Below are positions 57,967 to 64,000 of a stretch of DNA of 64,000 bases, in pieces. Under the pieces are notes generated by a model that saw only the letters and a list, made by a program, of their open reading frames with translations, had not been told where the DNA came from and searched no databases. Position numbers and translations under genes: made by a program. Positions within the stretch are counted from its first letter, which is position 1; each line of letters starts with the position of its first letter. This DNA is from Candidatus Micrarchaeota archaeon (GTDB taxonomy: Archaea; Micrarchaeota; Micrarchaeia; Micrarchaeales; CABMGC01): NCBI GenBank assembly GCA_021810455.1, contig JAJZIU010000001.1:4613-68612 (forward strand). The letters run 5' to 3'.

Positions 57967-59716
57967 CCTTCGCATTGTTGTATGCTACTATCGCTTCAAC
58001 AAGACCAGCGTGTGAAAATAATTGAGGTACATTTCCTCTCGGTTCATTTGTTTTGCTATCTATGTGTTCTGGCAACAGGAGTAAATCGTTAGAATAACTT
58101 ATTATTTTATTTATTATACTTCTAGCTCTTTCTAGATTGCCCATCATGATGTGTACTCTTGCCAACCACGTATTTACTAAAACGAAAGGATTGGATACTT
58201 CTCCGTCAAAATCACTAACGTATCTGAGCAATAACCCATTTTTGGATACTAATCTGCTTTCAACAAGTCTAACTGTTTTTCTAAAAATTGGATTTTCAAC
58301 GCTTACAAAGTTATACAATGGCATGGTCAACAGTGTAGAATCTATTACATTCCCTCCATAATAATGAACAAATGTTCCTGTGTCCTCAGATACGCTATTA
58401 TCCAGTATGTCCTCCTTTATCTTATTGCTAGCCTCTCTCCACAAACTCTCTTTAGATCTGTAACCCATGCTCCCTGCAAGCATGCTTGCTCTGTCAAGTG
58501 CAACCCAGTTCATAAGTTTTGTATGCAAAACATGTCTCTTTTCATCTCTTTCTTCCCACATACTTATGCTTGGTTCCTTCCAAGATTTAATCACCCAATC
58601 CGAGATCGATTCTACTGCCCACCAATTCTCTTTTATGTAATCTGTATCCCTGCTCCTTGAAAAATAAACGTGCAGAGCGTTCATGAAGTCTCCTTCAGAA
58701 TCCATCTGCACCTGCAAATAAGCTGCATTACCAACTCTGACAGGCTTCGAGCTTCTGTATCCTGACAGCCAATCCAATGTTTCTTCGGCTCTGGGAGAAG
58801 TTCCATCTATTGAATAAAGCGGATGGTTAAAGCTCTTTGATGACGGATCTACCAAACTAAAAAGAAACGTTAGTATCTTGCGTGCTTTATATCCCATCCC
58901 AGCTTTTGCCAGTGCTTCAGCCGCATAAGCGGCATCACGCACCCACACATACCTGTAATCCCAATTCCTATCTCCACCCAGTATTTCAGGCAATGATGTC
59001 GTAGCTGCCGCTATAGCGCCTCCGGAAGGCGTGTAAGTTAATCCCAACATAGTTAAAAGAGACCTCTTATACGCCTTCGAAAATTCTTCAATCTTCTTCG
59101 CCTTCATCACCTGTTCTCTCCAATATCTTAGGGTTTTCTCCAAGGCATCGTATGGGTTGGCGTATACATACCCGACGTTGCTGAACAAGCCGTACCTGAG
59201 ATCTTTTGAATACATCAGAAACAGATATCCCTTTCCCGGTTCTACTACTGCCCTGGTATCACTTGTAAATCTGAAACTCCCTGATATCAAAAGCTCTATG
59301 CTTTCTTTAGAATTAGGATTTCTGAACACTCTTCCATTATTTTCTTCTTCGATTCCCGGATTCGTCAAACCATATTCAAATACAGGCTTAACATCTATGA
59401 CAAATGGGACTTCGGATTCGTATAATCTCACTATGGCAGGAATTCCTAATGGTAAAAAATCTGTAAGTTCGAGACTCCCTTCTTTTGATTCGAATCTGTT
59501 TTTTACTACCATACTGTCTTCTACATACTCTACACTATGTTCATAATCTGTCTTTGGTTTTACAGAAAAATAGCCGCTCTGATTACCGCCTATTATGCTT
59601 GAGAACACAGAAGCAGAATCAAATCTTGGACATGGAAACCAATCTACAACCCCTGATAGTTCTAAAGCAGAAGTTATTCCATTGGATAAGAACACCCTGC
59701 CTCTTTCGGATCTCAT
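57944..59716 (-). CDS. Glycoside hydrolase family 15 (trehalase/glucoamylase)
   Basis: AAATTSLPE, RNWDYRYVWVRD, RVGNAA, WEER, PEH, PQLFSH. Confidence 0.92.
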   Translation of the reverse strand: MRSERGRVFLSNGITSALELSGVVDWFPCPRFDSASVFSSIIGGNQSGYFSVKPKTDYEHSVEYVEDSMVVKNRFESKEGSLELTDFLPLGIPAIVRLYESEVPFVIDVKPVFEYGLTNPGIEEENNGRVFRNPNSKESIELLISGSFRFTSDTRAVVEPGKGYLFLMYSKDLRYGLFSNVGYVYANPYDALEKTLRYWREQVMKAKKIEEFSKAYKRSLLTMLGLTYTPSGGAIAAATTSLPEILGGDRNWDYRYVWVRDAAYAAEALAKAGMGYKARKILTFLFSLVDPSSKSFNHPLYSIDGTSPRAEETLDWLSGYRSSKPVRVGNAAYLQVQMDSEGDFMNALHVYFSRSRDTDYIKENWWAVESISDWVIKSWKEPSISMWEERDEKRHVLHTKLMNWVALDRASMLAGSMGYRSKESLWREASNKIKEDILDNSVSEDTGTFVHYYGGNVIDSTLLTMPLYNFVSVENPIFRKTVRLVESRLVSKNGLLLRYVSDFDGEVSNPFVLVNTWLARVHIMMGNLERARSIINKIISYSNDLLLLPEHIDSKTNEPRGNVPQLFSHAGLVEAIVAYNNAKAKSSFRP

Positions 59717-59719
59717 TAA

Positions 59720-61174
59720 TTATCCCTTAACTACAACAACAGGTACATTTCTTGATACCATGCTTGCTATACCTGCGCTGTCTACTACCTCAACCACTTC
59801 GTCGACATTCTTATACGCCCACTCTGCTTCTTCACTCACAAGTTTCCTGGACCTTATTCTTATCTCTACTCCCTTTTTCTTTAATGTTTCAAAGGTACGC
59901 GATGCAGGTATCTCTCTTATTGCTTGATGTCTTGACATAACTCTTCCAGAACCATGGCAAGCAGACCCGAACGTTTCCTCCAGTGCATTCTGTTCTCCAG
60001 CAAGAACATAACTCGCTGTACTCATGCTTCCAGGTATCAAAACTGGTTGGCCTATGTCTCTGTACTCTTTTGGTACGTCAGAACTTCCTTTCGGAAAAGC
60101 CCTAGTTGCACCCTTCCTATGTACAAATACGCTTCTCTTTCTGCCCTCTATTCTATGCTCTTCAAGTTTCACTATGTTGTGTGCCAAGTCATAAAGTATG
60201 TCCATACCAAGTGAGTCTGCGCTTTTGCCAAAAACATCTTCAAAACTTTTCCTTACCGCATAGGTTATCATCTGCCTGTTTGTGAAGGCATAGTTTACTG
60301 CGCACTTCATTGCTCTGAGATACGCTTTCGCTTCTTTGCTGTCAACCGGAGCATAGCTGAGTTCAGGATCCGGCAGCTTAATTCCATGTTCTCTTCCATA
60401 CACTTCAAGAACTCTCAGATAATCACTGCAAATCTGATGTCCAAACCCTCTCGATCCGGTGTGAATCATGATTACGGCTTGTCCTTTGCTTACTCCGTAC
60501 ACATCAGCTGCCTTATCATCGTAAATGTTGCTTACTTCTTGTATCTCTAAGAAATGATTTCCTGCACCAAGAGTTCCTAGTTCGTGCAAACCTCTTGCCT
60601 TGGCAAATTTACTAACATCTCTAAAATCCGCACCATCCATCATTCCGTTCTCTTCTATTTTTTCAGAATCAGTGCTAAATCCAAATCCTTTGTCAATCAC
60701 GTGTTCAACTCCGTATGTGGCTACCTTCTCAAGGTCTTTATCATCAAAACCTAAATTTTTCCTACTGCCAACTCCACTTGGCACATTCCTGAATAGAGCA
60801 TCTGAAAGTTCACTTATCTTGCCTCGTATATCTTTTCCATCAAGATTTGTCTTTATTATCCGTATTCCGCAGTTTATATCAAAACCGCATATACCTGGAG
60901 ATATTATCCCTTCTTCAGCATCAAAGGCAACAACTCCGCCTACTGGAAATCCATAGCCTTCATGTCCGTCTGGCATCACCAAAACGTTGCCTACAATTCC
61001 TGGAAGTGCAGCCGTATTCACTGCCTGCTGTAATGTTCTATCCTGCTTCATCTTCAAAAGCATATCTTCCTTTGCGAATATGTCGACATTTGTGTTCATT
61101 GTTTGATAGTCTTCCTTTTCTATTCTAAACTTAACTTCTGATATTTTTCTGGTCTTTATTTCGGTTTTTTCCAT
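59720..61174 (-). CDS. rtcB: RNA-splicing ligase RtcB
   Basis: MPDGHEGYGFPVG, DINCG, GNHFLE, HRKGAT, PGSM, HGSGR. Confidence 0.97.
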   Translation of the reverse strand: MEKTEIKTRKISEVKFRIEKEDYQTMNTNVDIFAKEDMLLKMKQDRTLQQAVNTAALPGIVGNVLVMPDGHEGYGFPVGGVVAFDAEEGIISPGICGFDINCGIRIIKTNLDGKDIRGKISELSDALFRNVPSGVGSRKNLGFDDKDLEKVATYGVEHVIDKGFGFSTDSEKIEENGMMDGADFRDVSKFAKARGLHELGTLGAGNHFLEIQEVSNIYDDKAADVYGVSKGQAVIMIHTGSRGFGHQICSDYLRVLEVYGREHGIKLPDPELSYAPVDSKEAKAYLRAMKCAVNYAFTNRQMITYAVRKSFEDVFGKSADSLGMDILYDLAHNIVKLEEHRIEGRKRSVFVHRKGATRAFPKGSSDVPKEYRDIGQPVLIPGSMSTASYVLAGEQNALEETFGSACHGSGRVMSRHQAIREIPASRTFETLKKKGVEIRIRSRKLVSEEAEWAYKNVDEVVEVVDSAGIASMVSRNVPVVVVKG

Positions 61175-61294
61175 ATAGCTACCTTCTAGTCCTTTTATAC
61201 GTATATTATCCCTTTACTCTCAGGGAAAGTATTATATATGAGTTAACGTCAAACTGTATATACTTATATATGTGCTTGATATTTACTAGATGTC

Positions 61295-61394
61295 GCAGGG
61301 ATGGCAGAGCTTGGTCAAATGCGGCAGACTCAAGATCTGTTGGCTTAGGCCTACGAGAGTTCAAAAATGCATTGGACACATCTCTCTCCCTGCA
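61295..61394 (+). tRNA. tRNA-Leu(CAA) with 15-nt non-canonical intron at 58/59 (61365-61379)
   Basis: GCAGGGA/TCCCTGC acceptor, CTCAAGA loop, long variable arm; removing AAATGCATTGGACAC restores GAGAG-TTCAAAT-CTCTC. Confidence 0.92.
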
Positions 61395-61418
61395 CATCTA
61401 CTTATAAGGTGTTGTACT

Positions 61419-62144
61419 ATGGCCAAGAAAATAAACAAGACTGTAAAAAAGAATCCTGCAAAAGCAAAGAACAAGTTTGTAGAAAAACTGAAAGGTTCAA
61501 AAATAAAGGACAAGGTGCTGTTCGACGTGCCTCATTATCCTCAAACTGAGGAGTTCACGAGCTCTGCTGCTTGCGCAATGATGGTGCTAAAGTACATAAA
61601 CCCCGATTTTAAGTTCAAAAAAGAGAACGAGTATGGCATTTGGCAGGAAGCAGTCAATGGTAGCGTATGGCATGGATCAAAGTACGGGCTGGCCTTTGCT
61701 TTGGCAAAAAGAGGTGCGAAGGTAGGCATAATGAGCAATACTAAGGATGAAGGTTACGACAAGAAGATAGCAGTATACGAAAATGTTAATCTGGATACTC
61801 TATCTGCTTCATTCAACGAGATAAAACAGAAAGCCTCAAACGCAAACGTTCACGAAGAACACTGGCAGGTTTCAATAAATACTATAAAGAAAGCCTTGTC
61901 ATCGAACTGCATTCCAATAGTTTTGATAAATGCAAACGTAATAAATCCATATCTTGATCCTTCACCACACTGGGTAGTGGTTAAGGGTTATGACAAGGAT
62001 GCATTCTATATAAACGATCCATATTCTGACAGCACAATAACAATAGATCCTGACGCATTTAAAACGGCTTTAGGATTTGAATCAGACATGCATATGGTGT
62101 ATGCTGATTCAAAACACTTTCTGGAACTGAAACAGAAACAGTAA
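61419..62144 (+). CDS. Peptidase C39-like protein
   Basis: PHYPQTEEFTSSAACAMM, SPHWVVVKGYD, YINDP; AAGGTG RBS before ATG 61419. Confidence 0.85.
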   Translation: MAKKINKTVKKNPAKAKNKFVEKLKGSKIKDKVLFDVPHYPQTEEFTSSAACAMMVLKYINPDFKFKKENEYGIWQEAVNGSVWHGSKYGLAFALAKRGAKVGIMSNTKDEGYDKKIAVYENVNLDTLSASFNEIKQKASNANVHEEHWQVSINTIKKALSSNCIPIVLINANVINPYLDPSPHWVVVKGYDKDAFYINDPYSDSTITIDPDAFKTALGFESDMHMVYADSKHFLELKQKQ

Positions 62145-62182
62145 TCAAAGCTACTAATAAAGTATCCATTCTATTGGGTATT

Positions 62183-63049
62183 ATGCGTGAAAGATACGTT
62201 ATTGCATTAGGTGGAAATGCCATTTCTGATCATACGCTTCATAAGATATCCTATCTTATAGCTCTAGAAAATCGTAAAGGCAATGAGATCGTCATAACCC
62301 ATGGCAATGGTCCTCAGGTTGGCGAACTAGCATCTATTGAAAACAAGAACCTTGCAATACTGACTGCACAGACTCAGGCGGAAATAGGCCTAAACATCGA
62401 AACGTCGTTGATAAACGCCGATTCCAGTCTTGAAAATAGAGTCGCAGTTGTTCTAACGCGTGTCTACGTTGATAAAAATGACCCTGAATTTAGAAACCCT
62501 TCAAAACCTATAGGGCGATTCTATAATAGAAAACTAAAAGCAAATATTAAAAACAAAGAGATGGTTTTCAAAAACCTTATACATGGATATAGGCGGGTGG
62601 TGCCTTCTCCATATCCTCTTTCCATACCTGAATTATCCCTCATCGAAAATCTGCTCAAAAAAAGATACATAGTAATTGCATGCGGAGGTGGCGGAATACC
62701 TATTTTCAAATCTAATAATACTAAAATAATGGCAAATGCTGTGATAGATAAAGACGCCGTATCTTCACTCCTCGCTTCTGATTTGGACGCTGACAAATTC
62801 ATAATACTTACTAATGTGGATGGAGCATTCCTGAATTTCGGCAAGAAAAATCAAAAACACATAAGAACCATAAACTATTCCCAGTCTGATTATTATGTAT
62901 CTGAAAAACAGTTCGAGGAAGGAAGCATGTTGCCAAAAGTCAAAGCATGTATGTCGTTTGTCAAAAGAACTGGAAAACCAGCATCCATAGGGAGTATCAA
63001 CAAACCCGCAGACGCGTTCAGATACAAATCAACAGTGATAACTCCTTAG
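62183..63049 (+). CDS. arcC: Carbamate kinase
   Basis: VIALGGNA, THGNGPQVG, PSKPIG, RRVVPSP, GGGGIP, AVIDKD, GSMLPK. Confidence 0.95.
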   Translation: MRERYVIALGGNAISDHTLHKISYLIALENRKGNEIVITHGNGPQVGELASIENKNLAILTAQTQAEIGLNIETSLINADSSLENRVAVVLTRVYVDKNDPEFRNPSKPIGRFYNRKLKANIKNKEMVFKNLIHGYRRVVPSPYPLSIPELSLIENLLKKRYIVIACGGGGIPIFKSNNTKIMANAVIDKDAVSSLLASDLDADKFIILTNVDGAFLNFGKKNQKHIRTINYSQSDYYVSEKQFEEGSMLPKVKACMSFVKRTGKPASIGSINKPADAFRYKSTVITP

Positions 63050-63279
63050 CTCTCATTTATCTTTAATATAGCGTCAAGTAGTCCATGGGCATAAGATATG
63101 CAAGAGAACGCCGTGTATAAATCTCCCTTTTTAATGAAAGCTTTGCAATCACTTGCATACATCTCTGCAAGTTCGACAACTTTTTGTTGTCGTTTGTCTA
63201 TGCTACCAACCTTCTTAATATTATCATCGAAGATTCGCAAATCCTTCTCTATTCTACTAAGAACATCATCCATGATCAT
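63046..63279 (-). CDS. DUF357-family protein
   Basis: MYASDCKAFIKKGD...SYAHGLLDA. Confidence 0.88.
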   Translation of the reverse strand: MIMDDVLSRIEKDLRIFDDNIKKVGSIDKRQQKVVELAEMYASDCKAFIKKGDLYTAFSCISYAHGLLDAILKINES

Positions 63280-64000
63280 TCTTCCATGTATGGTGCTAAA
63301 TAATAAGTTATCGAAGCGTCTCCTATGTTGTATTCTAATCTTAGCGGTTCGTTAGTCTTAAGTGCTATTGACATACTGTTTCCTTGAGGGCACGATTTTA
63401 CCATATTTTCAAGAAACTCAAGGTTGAAAGTAGATTCTGCAGTCTTACTTGCATCAACCTTTTTCATTATGTTACCATCTTCATCATGGAGTTCCTCGAG
63501 CTCTCCAGAATCTCCTCTTGCACTTACAGAGAACTGCCCTTTAGCTGCTTTAAATGATATATATGATGATATCAGACTTGCGTCTTTTATGATGTCCTTA
63601 AAAGGTTCCCCATTTATCTCTACTTTGGCATCAAATTCAACATTGGGTTCTTTCTCAACACTCTTCTTAACATCTATCAACTGGAGTTTGTACCTCCTTC
63701 TACTAGTCTGACCTATAAATTCGAGTGAAAGTTTGTTATCCAAATCTTTCATTACGAGTGTTTCTCCATCTCTGGTTCTCGAAAGTATCTTGTTAAGGTT
63801 GTCAAGATTTATTCCTACCGAAGTGTTCTTTTCAATTGTAAACTTTGAGAATGCTTTGTTCGGCATAAAGAACGATATCATGCTTATGCTGGAAGGATCC
63901 ATAGCCTTCAACCCTATACCCTCTTTTGATATAAGAAACAAGCCTTCGTCAACAAGACTGACTATGGCACCAACACAATCTCTCCAGTATTTTGCATTAT
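63276..64000 (-). CDS. pcn: PCNA sliding clamp (5' end beyond window)
   Basis: Frame open to the window edge (NAKYWRDCVGAIVSLVDEG), AMDPS, YYLAP. Confidence 0.95.
   Translation of the reverse strand, partial: NAKYWRDCVGAIVSLVDEGLFLISKEGIGLKAMDPSSISMISFFMPNKAFSKFTIEKNTSVGINLDNLNKILSRTRDGETLVMKDLDNKLSLEFIGQTSRRRYKLQLIDVKKSVEKEPNVEFDAKVEINGEPFKDIIKDASLISSYISFKAAKGQFSVSARGDSGELEELHDEDGNIMKKVDASKTAESTFNLEFLENMVKSCPQGNSMSIALKTNEPLRLEYNIGDASITYYLAPYMEE

Noticed and set aside
61290..61418. N-terminal extension of the C39-like ORF (and minus ORF 61206-61397)
   Set aside because: Overlaps tRNA-Leu; the RBS supports ATG 61419
1..64000. Mobile elements, prophage, CRISPR-Cas, rRNA
   Set aside because: No transposase, integrase, capsid or cas motifs, no tRNA-end duplications and no long GC-rich non-coding stretch noticed

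Overview
This is a gene-dense, AT-rich archaeal chromosome segment, most consistent with a DPANN archaeon of the Micrarchaeota/ARMAN type. That assignment is inferred from the archaeal information genes, DNA gyrase, a 'SAMEYLMTYGW' pilin/LamG protein and a tRNA with a non-canonical T-loop intron. Most of the window is housekeeping: the exosome/proteasome superoperon, cdc6, mre11, EF-1alpha/S10, gyrAB, TFE, GINS-L44e-aIF2alpha-PAC2, two Lhr helicases, RNase HI, fibrillarin, RtcB, PCNA and four tRNAs, two with BHB introns. Features missing from the ORF track but readable in the DNA are a box C/D sRNA in front of a histone-fold gene, rpoP, a 37-aa hyper-acidic micro-protein with its own TATA box and RBS, and an inverted ORB-like pair flanking an AT-rich tract at about 37.3 kb (candidate replication origin). 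The most unusual coding loci are: (1) an 1847-aa membrane-anchored surface protein with an embedded lytic-transglycosylase-like motif, next to a TPR-AAA+ ATPase; (2) a two-component system whose regulator carries a degenerate GGDEF-like domain; (3) a GCS2 ligase/M20 amidohydrolase/ACT-protein module; and (4) a probable arginine synthetase plus carbamate kinase energy pathway. No CRISPR array, rRNA or transposase was seen. All product calls come from motif recognition by eye, not database searches.
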